Source: Mytilus edulis
Taxonomy: Eukaryota
Reading direction: 5' to 3'
Assembly: GCF_963676685.1 (NCBI RefSeq)
Contig: NC_092344.1
Span: 49,352,001 to 49,416,000 of the forward strand
DNA: 64,000 nt
Shown here: positions 25,294 to 37,710 of the stretch, piece after piece
Numbering within the stretch: position 1 is the first letter of the stretch
How the letters are laid out: every line of letters begins with the position of its first letter
The notes under the pieces: model-generated
Told to the model about the DNA's origin: nothing
Databases searched by the model: none
What the model saw: only the letters and a program-made list of their open reading frames with translations
Made by a program: the position numbers and the translations under genes

Positions 25294-26970
25294 GATAAGA
25301 CAACAGATGACATAATATATTGTGCAATATTTAAATGATAGTTATCCATGTATTGTGATATTTTATAATTTTGTTTTGATACACAAATAAAGTATTTATT
25401 ATAACAGAGTTTATTTTAATTTTTTGTCTTTGATTCACAGCTGCCTCTCACGCATGTTCAACAACAAAATCGGCAACAAACTCAGAAAGCTTCTAACAGA
25501 AATATAAGACACATCAGTAAAGCCTTCTATAATTCTAATCATTATGACTGAAAAAGAATTTCGCATGTGCACCAGAATATATAGCAAAGAACAAATTGCA
25601 ATATATTTCAATTAACAGAGTTATTATTAATCATATTTCTGTAATAAAATATCACTGCTATTGCTTAAAAGGTATTTCTTGGAATGAGAGTAAAAATGAA
25701 ATACAAAAACAAATCTTAACTCTAAAGAAATTAAAAACGAAAAGTCTCTTATCAAAACATCAAAATCAACAGCTCAAACAATTCAAACGAAAGAAAACAG
25801 CTGTCATTGAATAATAGATTGGACTTGAGTTGTTATAGATAGCTAGAACTCTGACATGTTTGGCAGTCGCACAAAATTACGTTATATTGACAATATTGTG
25901 TGAACAAAACAAACAGACATAAAGATAACCTTTATTATTAGAAAAAGAAACAAATAGCTCAATATCTCAATAAACAAAAATGGAATTGCATATAGAATAT
26001 ACTTAAAGGCAAAAATTGAAAGATTAAAAAGATTACTATAGCACAATATCACAGTGTGCCGAGCCAAAAAGATATAAACGACAATTGACTAAACAGTGAA
26101 GGTACATGTCTTAAAAAGATAAATAAACGAACACTATAAAACGTTGTTAAAAGTGAGACAAAAAATACTAAATGAACATTGAAACTAAAAATCGAAATTA
26201 ATCTGAAAAAGACATTTATAAAATACAAAAAGGACAAACAGACAAACACAATAGAAAACCAAAGACTGTGCAGCACGAGCGTTACCATCAGATGGGTAAT
26301 CTCAGGTGCTCCGGAAAGGTAAGCAGATCTTGCTCCACATGTGACACTTGTAAAGTTTCGCATGTTACTAGAAACCCGGTGATTTGGCTAGCTCGATAAA
26401 TTACATACCGAAAATAGTATCAGCAAAACGGCTACTATATTTTGTACATGGAATAAATGCAAAGTTTACATTTGGAGTTAAGTGTGACGTCTATTTCACT
26501 GAACAAGATCACAATTTTATTCAGAGGCAATATGAGCACCACTTCACTGTCGTCGCCTCAATACCATGTTTAATAAGGACATTGCTAAAATTAAACAAAA
26601 TATATATTTATTCGTTATTCAGATTGAGGCAATTTCTTTTAAAAAACCACTTATTATCTGGTGCAGAAAAATTGGTACCGTTAATGTTATTACTACCACT
26701 GGGTCGATGCCTCTGCTGGTGGACTGTTAGTCCCCGAGGGTATCACCAGCCCAGTAGCCAGTACTCCGGTACTGGCATGAAAATACGGATTTTTTGTGAT
26801 ATTAAATTTACTGTTACAAAATGTTAAAAAATATTATAAATTAAGAAATGTATTTCCCTCATGCAAAGCTCTAATTCCTTTCACGGATTTGGCTATACTT
26901 TTTTGGAACTTTTGGATTATAGCTCTACATATTAAATATAAGCTTTCGATTTTACATATTTTGGCCACGA

Positions 26971-27014
26971 GCATCACTGAAGAGACATTATTTGTCGAAA
27001 TGCGCATCTGGTGC
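26971..27014 (+). ncRNA. Type I hammerhead ribozyme
   Basis: Stem I gcatca/tggtgc, core CTGAAGA, stem II gaca-ttatt-tgtc, GAAA, minimal palindromic stem III tgcgca and cleavage triplet AUC. Confidence 0.9.
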
Positions 27015-27320
27015 AGAAAAATTGGTATCGTTATTGTTATTACTACCACTGGGTCGATGCCTCTGCTGGTGGACTGTTAGTCCCCGAGGGTATCACCAGC
27101 CCAGTAGCCAGTACTCCAGTACTGGCATGAAAATACGGATTTTTTGTGATATTAAATTTACTGTTACAAAATGTTAAAAAATATTATAAATTAAGAAATG
27201 AATTTCCCTCATGCAAAGCTCTAATTCCTTTCACGGATTTGGCTATACTTTTTTGGAACTTTTGGATTATAGCTCTACATCTTTTATATAAGCCTAGGAT
27301 TTTGCACATTTTGGCCACGA

Positions 27321-27364
27321 GCATCACTGAAGAGACATTATTTGTCGAAATGCGCATCTGGTGC
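27321..27364 (+). ncRNA. Type I hammerhead ribozyme
   Basis: Identical to 26971-27014. Confidence 0.9.
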
Positions 27365-27669
27365 AGAAAAATTGGTACCGTTATTGTTATTACTACCACT
27401 GGGTCGATGCCTCTGCTGGTGGACTGTTAGTCCCCGAGGGTATCACCAGCCCAGTAGCCAGTACTCCGGTACTGGCATGAAAATACGGATTTTTGTGATA
27501 TTAAATTTACTGTTACAAAATGTTACAAAATATTATAAATTAAGAAATGTATTTCCCTCATGCAAAGCTCTAATTCCTTTCACGGATTTGGCTATACTTT
27601 TTTGGAACTTTTGGATTATAGCTCTACATCTTTTATATAAGCCTTGGATTTTACACATTTTGGCCACGA

Positions 27670-27713
27670 GCATCACTGAAAAGACATTATTTGTCGAAAT
27701 GCGCATCTGGTGC
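27670..27713 (+). ncRNA. Type I hammerhead ribozyme, core mutant
   Basis: The core reads CTGAAAA (G8->A), so it is probably impaired. Confidence 0.75.
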
Positions 27714-28019
27714 AGAAAAATTGGTACCGTTATTGTTATTACTACCACTGGGTCGATGCCTCTGCTGGTGGACTGTTAGTCCCCGAGGGTACCACCAGCC
27801 CAGTAGCCAGTACTCCGGTACTGGCATGAAAATACGGATTTTTTGTGATATAAAATTTACTGGTACAAAATGTTAAAAAATATTATAAATTAAGGAATGT
27901 ATTTTCCTCATGCAAAGCTCTAATTTCTTTCACGGATTTGGCTATACTTTTTTGGAACTTTTGGATTATAGGTCTACATCTTTTATATAAGCTTTGGATT
28001 TTACATATTTTTGCCACGA

Positions 28020-28063
28020 GCATCACTGAAGAGACATTATTTGTCGAAATGCGCATCTGGTGC
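28020..28063 (+). ncRNA. Type I hammerhead ribozyme
   Basis: Identical to 26971-27014. Confidence 0.9.
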
Positions 28064-28385
28064 AGAAAAATTGGTACCGTTAATGTTATTACTACCACTG
28101 GGTCGATGCCTCTGCTGGTGGACTGTTAGTCCCTGAGGGTATCACCAGCCCAGTAGCTAGTACTCCGGCACTGGCATGAAAGTACGGATTTTTTGTGTTA
28201 TTAAATTTACTGTTACAAAATGTTAAAAAATATTATAAATTAAGGAATGTATCTCCCTCATGCAAAGCTCTAATTCCTTTCACGGATTTGGCTATACTTT
28301 TTTGGAACTTTTGGATTATAGCTCTACATCTTTTATATAAGCTTTGGATTTTACATATTTTGGCCACGAGCATCACTGAAGAGAC

Positions 28386-29367
28386 TTTTAACGAGAGAAA
28401 TTTATGTATTACTGAAAAATTATTACACCAGGGTTTTCGATATCACAAACTAGTCAAAACATTTACTAAATTTTATCATCGGTATAAAGACATCATTCGT
28501 AAATATAGCTCAACATGCAGACTTCTAATACGTTCAGGTATTTCACATCCAATTTTTTATGAAAATATTCTTTATAAAGCACAAAGGTGTCAGTATTCAC
28601 CTCAGAAACTTACAAAACCTTTGAATAGACTTATTAAGAAGGGATATAATTACGATACTGTTGTCAAGTCATTAAAGATTGCATATTTTGGCGTTAATAT
28701 TGAGTCACTGATAAGGTCTTTGCATCGGAACTACACAAATTTATTCTAAAAACAGTTGTTGGCATGACACGGGTTATGTTCTTCTCATATATGTTATGAT
28801 GGTATGATACTAAACCCCTAACGGGAAGGATTGTGCCTGATGTTCATATGATGAAATCATAATCTTTCAGTCAGTTTAATTGAAGTCTGGAGCTGGCATG
28901 TCAGTTAACTGCTAGTAGTCTGTTGTTATTTATGTATTATTGTCATTTTGTTTATTTTCTTTGGTTACATCTTCTGACATCAGACTCGGACTTCTCTTGA
29001 ACTGAATTTCAATGTGCGTATTGTTATGCATTTACTTTTCTACATTGGTTAGAGGTATAGGGGGAGGGTTGAGATCTCACAAACATGTTTAACCCCGCCG
29101 CATTTTTGCGCCTGTCCCAAGTCAGGAGCCTCTGGCCTTTGTTAGTCTTGTATTATTTTAATTTTAGTTTCTTGTGTACAATTTGGAAATTAGTATGGCG
29201 TTCATTATCACTGGACTAGTATATATTTGTTTAGGGGCCAGCTGAAGGACGCCTCCAGGTGCGGGAATTTCTCGCTACATTGAAGACCTGTTGGTGACCC
29301 TCTGCTGTTTTTTATTTGGTCGGGTTGTTGTCTCTTTGACACATTCCCCATTTCCATTCTCAATTTT
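28386..29367 (+). mobile_element. Penelope-like family A 3' fragment nested in stem II of the fifth hammerhead
   Basis: gagac|ttttaacgagag...ctcaatttt|atcatttgtcgaaa. Open frame FNERNLCITEKLLHQGFRYHKLVKTF...NLF* ending at 28749. Homologous to 3595-4541. Confidence 0.85.
29047..29137 (+). ncRNA. Twister ribozyme-like RNA, type P5 permutation, atypical P1
   Basis: P5 ggttagaggt/gcctctggcc, P2 gggg/cccc, GAGGG, UAA (predicted U29090/A29091 cut), GC, P3 cgca/tgcg and P4 cctg/cagg with loop UCCCAAGU. Confidence 0.75.
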
Positions 29368-29481
29368 ATCATTTGTCGAAATGCGCATCTGGTGCAGAAA
29401 AATCGGCACCGTTAATGTTATTATTAGTTTTTTACCATATCAATGTATTATAATCACTACGCTGAGCTCTGTAGCATTTAA

Positions 29482-30158
29482 GGGTAGTCGATTACTTTAG
29501 TGTATTTATTATTATACAATGAGTTTATGATAAAACGTTAACACTATATTTTTCTCAAAATATCATTTATGGAAGAAAAGTTGTCTTCCTCCATCTTGGA
29601 TTTTAAAATACCAGAAAACAATCGATCCTGATCTTTAAGTGAATAAGGTAATTCATGTGTAGGAATTTTCATTGAAATAAAGAAAATGACATATTTTATC
29701 ATTTTAATAATTGTATTTTACAAAAAAAACTTTTGTTCAATTATTTTTTTTTCCAACTTTGCCACATAAGGAAGGCAACTCAAATGTAAGGGCTGATAAT
29801 TTAGATAAAGTTACTTCTACAAAAGAATGTGTTAGGAATTTACCTATTTCATTATGTAGCAAGAAAACGAGTCCTGTGACCTATTTTTTCTTTTTCTTAC
29901 CTGAAAGCATAATGTTAGAGATATCATCTCATATTCTATCTAAAAATTTTATGGTTTAGTTTTCGTTTTACGGCAGACAATTTGGTTTTCCATGCATGAT
30001 CTATTCAAAATTTGTCAAATTTGCACAATCTGTAGCGCGAAAACAAGCCCCGTGACCCATTCTTTTTATTTATGTTTTTAAAAATGCATGATATAAACTA
30101 CATTTTGGCAAAGTATTAAAACATTTTATGGATTATAATTTAGACACCCCCATCTACC
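29482..30158. mobile_element. Probable TTAA-target MITE (copies 35927-36602, 49142-49819, partial to 55348)
   Basis: ttaa|gggtag ... catctacc|ttaa. Short imperfect TIR. No empty site is visible. Confidence 0.45.
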
Positions 30159-30434
30159 TTAAACTAGAAACTGTAATTAAAATGTAACGTTTAAACTTAA
30201 CATGATTTAACTCTTAACTTTAATAATAGTGGAAATTATCCGATAAACCTCTTAAAAATACCAACACTGAAAGACCGAAAATGAGGATAAAAATATTATA
30301 AAGAAAGATGATGTTTGTTAACAGACATTATCTGTAATCCATTTCTTGCTGTATTTGGTAAAATGTATATAAATTGTTCGTTCTCAATGCTCTTAAACTT
30401 TTAACTTCATTTGGCTTATTTATTATTTTTATTC

Positions 30435-30480
30435 GAACGTCACTGATGAGTCTTTTGTAGACGAAATACGCATTGGGCGC
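30435..30480 (+). ncRNA. Degenerate hammerhead relic (paralogous copies 36881-36924, 50085-50130, 55626-55671)
   Basis: cgtca-CTGATGA-gtct-tttgt-agac-GAAA-..cgcatt-gggcg. Core boxes are intact; stems I and III are imperfect. Confidence 0.65.
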
Positions 30481-31137
30481 AAATATAAAATTTCTATCCT
30501 GGTATCTATGATGAGATTATTTGCATTAATTTCGTATTGTTTTTTATGTGTTTTGTCATTTGACTTTTGCCATGTTTAGGGACTTTCCGAATTGATCTTC
30601 CTCTGAGTTCAGTATTTTTGTGATTTTACTTTTTTGTATAACAGTGTAAAAAAGTATGAATTAATTTGATTTGCTTATCCAACCTCATACATTGTAAGAC
30701 GATGTTACGGCATTTTCATTTGCTTTTCGTTAGGTCCAAGATACCTTTAAAATGTTAAGAAGATATATTTTTGTTAATGGCAACTGCATGAACAGATATA
30801 TTTGATTTCTTCAAAAATATTCAAAACACTCACACCTTTAACCTGACAATCTTCTTTCTATCAATGTTTGTTACATTCTGAAGCGTACAAAAAGTCTTTA
30901 AATGTCTGATGTCAAAGTTCTACACAGGAAAAGGACATATTATGTCATACTAGAATCTGCAAATAAATAGATCAACAATTCGCGAAATTTTAAATTTAAT
31001 CAAATGATAGTGTTGACCATTGAGAAATAGGTTAAACAACTTGAAATAAATGGATATCGCTTTATATCACTCTCATCAAGTATTCTAATGGTAATAATAA
31101 ACTCGCCGAAGGTTTGTTAATTGTCCTTTTGTTAATT

Positions 31138-31778
31138 TTGTTTAATCAATAAAAAAAGTGAAATAGTGAAATAACAATTCGCTTTTTGCAGCCAAAAATG
31201 TTCAATTTTGTCAAATTACGTTCAGAAACATTGATAATTAGTAATTCACTTGCAAGTGAATGAGTCGACCTCTTTAAATCCGTATTCATGTGAACTTCAA
31301 TTTAACCCCTAGCTAGAGATTGACAACGCATGCATTGTACGTCTACTGGTTATTTAAAGAAAAAGAATGTCAACAATGAAAGTGAAACTACGGTCAATCA
31401 TTTGATTACTAGTTCGATGCACATGAAATCATTCTTATACGGTTAAAAACAATGAGAAATACATGTATCTATTTTTAATCTATAAAATAAAATCAAACAG
31501 ACCTCTAAAAATCCAATTGCACGTGTTGGTTTAATCTATTCATATCTTTATTTATGTTTACATCGCTTATACGGTCATCTGAGGTCAAATCGATAGTTAA
31601 TTAGATGGCGTCTGGACTAAAATACACACGAAACGAACCTATATATTATCTACCCCATGCTCTGTAAACTGTTTATTTTAGACTTTTGATAGTTTGGATA
31701 AATATTTTACATTGTTATAAATCAAATATGAGAATTTGTGTCAAATTTGTGACCATGAATTTGACGGCTAGTGCCCCT
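31138..31778. mobile_element. Kolobok-like MITE, left end deleted
   Basis: Matches 21932-22581. The right TIR gctagtgcccct|ttaa is intact. Confidence 0.75.
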
Positions 31779-32118
31779 TTAAAGACCATAATATTTAAAT
31801 GCATGTTTTTCCATGACAAACATCCTGACATATTCGCTATGGTTTAACATCATAACCATTGCAATATAGTTTTTTTTTCAATTTAAAAGACGTCTGTTAA
31901 ATGAATATTTAAACAAAACAATATGCAGAAAAAATAAACAAACCGCATTCAAGCATTTTTTTTTAAATTTCAATAACATTTTCTGACCAAACCGATATAA
32001 CTTAAAATATTCTTTCGTTGTGGTTATGCCATACGGGAGACTGCGGTTAAAGGTTTTAACAGATAAATTCAATGTAAGTATGACATTTAGAACTTGATAA
32101 ATGAACATATTTACAAGT

Positions 32119-32276
32119 ATTGCGAAACTTACGTCACACCTGCACTGAACCATTCATTTCCTCTATTACAGTTTATTTCCTCATATGGAGTGTATATAAG
32201 ACAGAAATAAATTGAAAACTTATAAAAACATTTCTGTACACCGTTAAATAACGATACGCATATATTCAAGGTAAGA
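32119..32276 (+). promoter_or_regulatory. Putative promoter and non-coding exon 1 of paralogue 4
   Basis: ttacgtca at 32129-32136, TATATAAG at 32193-32200 and donor AAG|GTAAGA at 32270/32271. Confidence 0.7.
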
Positions 32277-32718
32277 TATATGTCTATAATGAATTTATTT
32301 TTCAAAATATAATAGATTATATTTTAATGTATGCAATTAATGTTTCATTTAAAGAACAACAACGTCTATCTTGTTAAAACAATAGATTCGCAGTATAAGA
32401 TATATGAATAATGATGATGATTATGATTTGAGCATGAAATATTTCTAGCAACGTCAAATCATCTAAAATCGCGGATTCAAAAGATATAAGAATAGTCCTA
32501 ATCAGTTAAAAACAATTCGAGGATTAACAGATAAATGTCTTTTTCTTAATACTATAATGTGGCAATAATACATTTTCCATGGTGAATCCTGCAGATAAGT
32601 GTTGAAGTCCTCGTTTAAAGCATCAGAGATATTGGTTTCAATTATTTTTTCATTTTTAGTAATATTTTCAAACCAATCAATTTTAATTGCATTTGTTTTA
32701 ATATTCATTTTAGGTATA

Positions 32719-34489
32719 ATGGAAGGGAAAGCTGTTATCATTTTCTTTGGCTTTATAGCATGTGCTTTTGCTGGTATGTATTTTATGACGTTATATATTT
32801 TTATTATTATTTAAATGAGAATTTATACAAAGGAATAAGTCATGAGCAAACATTTTTAAAACTTTACAGACCAAATTTTTGAAAACAAACTATCCAAAGA
32901 TTCTTTAGAAAATGATTAAAATACATGAATGTTAAAATTAACATACAAACAATGATACATCGTTTCAACACTTGGCTTATACGTTTACCATTCCTCATAA
33001 GGAAACAAATCGCAGAAAACAAGGAAATTGAAATCATTTAAGGAAAAAAATTGTAAAAGGAAAATCAAAAATGACGGATACATAACATAAGAATACTTTC
33101 ATATTACATTTAAAACGCAAACATGTTTTACGATTGGTATAAGTAAATTAGAACAGCGGTTTTTGACTTGGATATTGACTTGGATCTTGATATTATTCAA
33201 ATGAAGATTTATACAAAGGAATAAGTCATGAGCAAACATTATTAAAACATTACAACCCAAATATTTGAAAATGAAACAATCAAAAGATTCTTTAAAGAAG
33301 TTTATTAAATACATGAATGTTAGAATTAACATACAAAAACTGATACATCGTTTCGACACTTTTTGAAATCATTTAAGAATAAAAATTGTAGCAGGCAAAG
33401 CGAAAATGACGAATACATAACATGAGAATACCTTATATATTGTATTTAAAGCACAAACATGTTTACAATTGGTGTAAGTAAATTAGAACAGCGGTTTTTG
33501 ACTTGGAATTTTGTTAATAGAACATAGAGTAAAAACAAAAACACCTAATGTTTGGTCATTGTTAAGAAAATACAAAAAATACTCACTTCTAACGATAAAA
33601 CCGTGAAAGTACTTATACTATATGTAATATTTATATAAGTTATACATTCTTTAAAAAACACTTTGGTTGTAAAACAAATATTGAAACCGAATAATACTAT
33701 AATCTGTTCTACATCACTGTTTAGATTTATGTAGACAAAATGCGCGTCTGTCTCATCAAATTAAAAGTCTGGTACCTTTCATTTTTTGAATGAAAATTCA
33801 TATTTCAACATTTCTAATTAATATTTATTATTACAGTATATTCACCCAAAGGCGGGAAAGCTTGTGAAATTGAATGCTCTAGTCATTCAGAATGTCTAGA
33901 TGGATACAAATGCCAAACCGAAGGATGTGATCGTATGTGCAGACCTGGAAGAGTAATCTTATCAAATGCAGTTGTCGGATCAGACATTATTTCAGCTGGA
34001 TGCGTTCAGAGATGTATGGATCGAGGTGGGCTAGGTTGCAGAAGTCTTTGTCAGCGTAGTGGAGATTTATCATCAGGAGGCCAAATCATTCGTAGGGGTT
34101 CCTTAGACAGTAGATTCAATGATGCCTTAGTAGATTCTATTCGGTCAGATAGTCTTGTTAGACATACCTCGTCAGTAGGTGATTCTATTCGATCAGGTAG
34201 TCTTGTTAGACATATCTCGCCAGTAGGTGATTCTATTCGCTCAGATAGTCTTCTTGGACGTATCTCATCAGTAGGTGATTCTATTCGATCAGGTAGTCTT
34301 GTTAGACATATCTCGCCAGTAGGTGATTCTATTCGGTCAGGTAGTCTTCTTGGACGTATCTCGCAAGTTGGTTCAATTTTACATAAAGGCTGTCAAAATA
34401 CATGCATTTCACGAGGCTGCAACTTCAACGAGGAATGTGTCACACGAGATGGATGTTCTGTATGTGTTCGTGCCAAGACCTACGCATAA
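32719..34489 (+). CDS. Secreted cysteine-rich repeat protein, paralogue 4 (235 aa; join 32719..32773,33837..34489)
   Basis: Same exon structure and intact frame as paralogue 3. AATAAA at 34582-34587. Confidence 0.92.
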
Positions 34490-37400
34490 GATAAGACAAC
34501 AGATGACATAATATATTGTGCAATATTTAAATGATAGTTATCCATGTATTGTGATATTTTATAATTTTGTTTTGATACACAAATAAAGTATTTATTATAA
34601 CAGAGTTTATTTTAATTTTTTGTCTTTGATTCACAGCTGCCTCTCACGCATGTTCAACAACAAAATCGGCAACAAATCGTAACCTTAGAAAGCTTCTAAC
34701 AGAAATATAAGACACATCAGTCTATAATTCTAATCATTATGACTGAAAAAGAATTTCGCATGTGCACCAGAATATATAGCAAAGAACAAATTGCAATATA
34801 TTTCAATTAACAGAATTATTATTAATCATATTTCTGTAATAAAATATCCCTGCTATTGCTTAAAAGGTGTTTCTTGGAATGAGAATAAAAATAAGATACA
34901 AAAACAAATCTTAACTCTAAAGAAATTAAAAACGAAAAATCTCTTATCAAAACATCAAAATCAACAGCTCAAACAATTCAAACGAAAGAAAACAGCTGTC
35001 ATTGTCCTGACTTAGTACAGGAGATTCCTTCTGAAGAAAATAATAGATTGGACTTGAGTTGTTATAGATAGCTAGAACTCTGACATGTTTGGCAGTCGCA
35101 CAAAATTACGTTATATTGACATTATTGTGTGAACAAAACAAGCAGACATAAAAGATAACCTTTATGATTAGAAAAAGAAACAAATAGTTCAATATCTCAA
35201 TAAACCAAAATGAAATTGCATATAGAATATACTTAAAGGCAAAAATTGAAAGATAGAAAAAATGACTATAGCACAATATCACAGTGTGCCGAGCCAAAAA
35301 ACAGTCAAGGTACATGTCTTAGAAAGATAAGTAAACGAACACTATAAAACGTTGTTAAAAGTGAGACAAAAAATACTAAATGAACATTTAAACTAAAAAT
35401 CGAAATTAATCTGAAAAAGACATTTATAAAATACAAAAAGGACAAACAGACAAACACAATAGAAAACCAAAGACTGTTCAGCACGAGCGTTACCAACAGT
35501 TGGGTAATCTCAGGTGCTCCGGAAAGGTAAGCAGATCTTGCTCCACATGTGACACTTGTAAAGTTTTGCATGTTACTAGAAACCCGGTGATTTGGCTAGC
35601 TCGATAAATCACATACCGAAAATAGTATCAGCAAAACGGCTACTATATTTTGTACATGGAATAAATGCAAAGTTTACATTTTGGAGTTAAGTGTGACGTC
35701 TATTTCACTGAACAAGATCACAATTTTATTCAGAGGCCATATGAACACCACTTCACTGTCGTCGCCTCAATACCATGGTTAATAAGGACATTGCTAAAAT
35801 TAAAAAAAGTATATATATATTTATTCGTTATTCAGATTGAGGCAATTTCTTTTTAAAAACCCCGCTTATTAGTTGTTTACCATATCAATGTATTATAATC
35901 ACTACGCCGACCTCTGTAGCATTTAAGGGTAGTCGATTACTTTAGTGTATTTATTATTATACAATGAGTTTATGATAAAACGTTAACTCTATATTTTTCT
36001 CAAAATATCATTTATGGAAGAAAAGTTGTCTTCCTCCATCTTGGATTTTAAAATACCAGAAAACAATCGATCTTGATCTTTAAGTGAATAAGGTAATTCA
36101 TGTGTAGGAATTTTCATTGAAATAAAGAAAATGACATATTTTATCATTTTAATAATTGTATTTTACAAAAAAAACTTTTGTTCAATTATTTTTTTTCCAA
36201 CTTTGCCACATAAGGAAGGCAATTCAAATGTAAGGGCTGATAATTCAGATACAGTTACTTCTACAATAGAATGTGTAAGGAATTTACCTATTTCATTATG
36301 TAGCAAGAAAACGAGTCCTGTGACCTATTTTTTATTTTTCTTACCTTAAAGCATAATTTTAGAGATATCTTCTCATATTCTATCTAAAAATTTTATGGTT
36401 TAGTTTTCGTTTTATTGCAGACAATTTGGTTTTCCATGCATGATCTATTCAATATTTGTCAAATTTGCACAACCTGTAGCGCGAAAACGAGCCCCGTGAC
36501 CCATTCTTTTTATTTATGTTTTTAAAAAAGCATGATATAAACTACATTTTGGCAAAGTATTAAAACATTTTATGGATTATAATTTAGACACCCCCATCTA
36601 CCTTAAACTAGAAACTGTAATTAAAATGTGACGTTTAAACTTAACATGATTTAACACTTAACCTTAATAATAGTGGAAATTATCCGATAAACCTCTTAAA
36701 AATACCAATATTGAAAGACCGAAAATGAGGATAAAAAATATTATAAAGAAAGATGATGTTTGTTAACAAACATTATCTGTAATCCATTTCTTGCTGTATC
36801 TGGTAAAATGTATAGAAATTGTTCGTTCTCAATGCTCTTAACCTTTGTACTTTATTTGGCTTATCTATTTTTTTTTATTCGAGCGTCACTGATGAGTCTT
36901 TTGTAGACGAAACGCATTGGGCGCAAATACAAAATTTCTATCCTGGTATCTATGATGAGATAATTTGCATTATTCTCGTATTGTTTTTGATGTGTTTTGT
37001 CATTTGACTTTTGCCATGTTTAGGGACTTTCCGAATTGATCTTCCTCTGAGTTCAGTATTTTTGTGATTACTTTTTTGTATAACAGTGTAAGAAAGTATG
37101 AATTAATTTGATTTGCTTATCCAACCTCATAAAACGATATTACGGCATTTTCATTTGCTTTTCGTTAGGTCCAAGATACCTTTAAAATGTTAAGAATATG
37201 TATTTTTGTTAATGGCAACTGCATGAACAGATATATGTGATTTCTTCAAAAATATACAAAACACTCACACCTTTTACCTGACAATCTTCTTTCTATCAAT
37301 GTTTGTTACATTCTGAAGCGTACAAAAAGTCTTTAAATGTCTGATGTTAAAGTTTTAAAACACGAAAAGGACATATTATGTCATACTAGATGCAAATAAA

Positions 37401-37710
37401 TAGATCAACAATTCGCGAAATTTTAAATTTGATCAAATGATAGTGTCGACCATTGCGAAATAGGTTAAACAACTTGAAATAAATGGATATCGCTTTGTCT
37501 CACTCTCATCAAGTATTCTAATGGTAATACTAAACTCGCCGAAGGCTTGTTAATTGTCCTTTTGAAATTCGATAACTCAAATTGATGCCAAGCAATTATC
37601 CATTCTCACTGGTTATGAAACCTATAATTAGCGCATTCTTTAAATAACAGGTATGGTTTTAATTTTAAAGATGCTCTTATTTCCTCTCAAAATTTGTATC
37701 TATTCCTTTA

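Larger units (their letters stand above)
26657..29423 (+). mobile_element. Non-LTR retrozyme: five tandem 350-bp units, each ending in a type I hammerhead ribozyme
   Basis: Predicted cleavage-site C at 26658, 27008, 27358, 27707, 28057 and 29389 (period 350/349 once the 982-bp nested insert is removed). Candidate TSD ttatta at 26651-26656 and 29421-29426. The array is absent at the paralogous sites near 35865 and 49081. Confidence 0.9.

Noticed and set aside
27046-27130. HDV-like, pistol or tRNA identity for the GC-rich block in the 350-bp unit
   Set aside because: I could not fit the required helices and conserved nucleotides on either strand. It is kept only as an unassigned structure.
26657-28385. 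CRISPR array or repeat-protein gene (ORFs such as 26796..27080 and 27342..27779)
   Set aside because: The units are full 350-bp tandem copies with no unique spacers and the context is eukaryotic. The period is not a multiple of 3, so the ORFs are by-products of the retrozyme unit.
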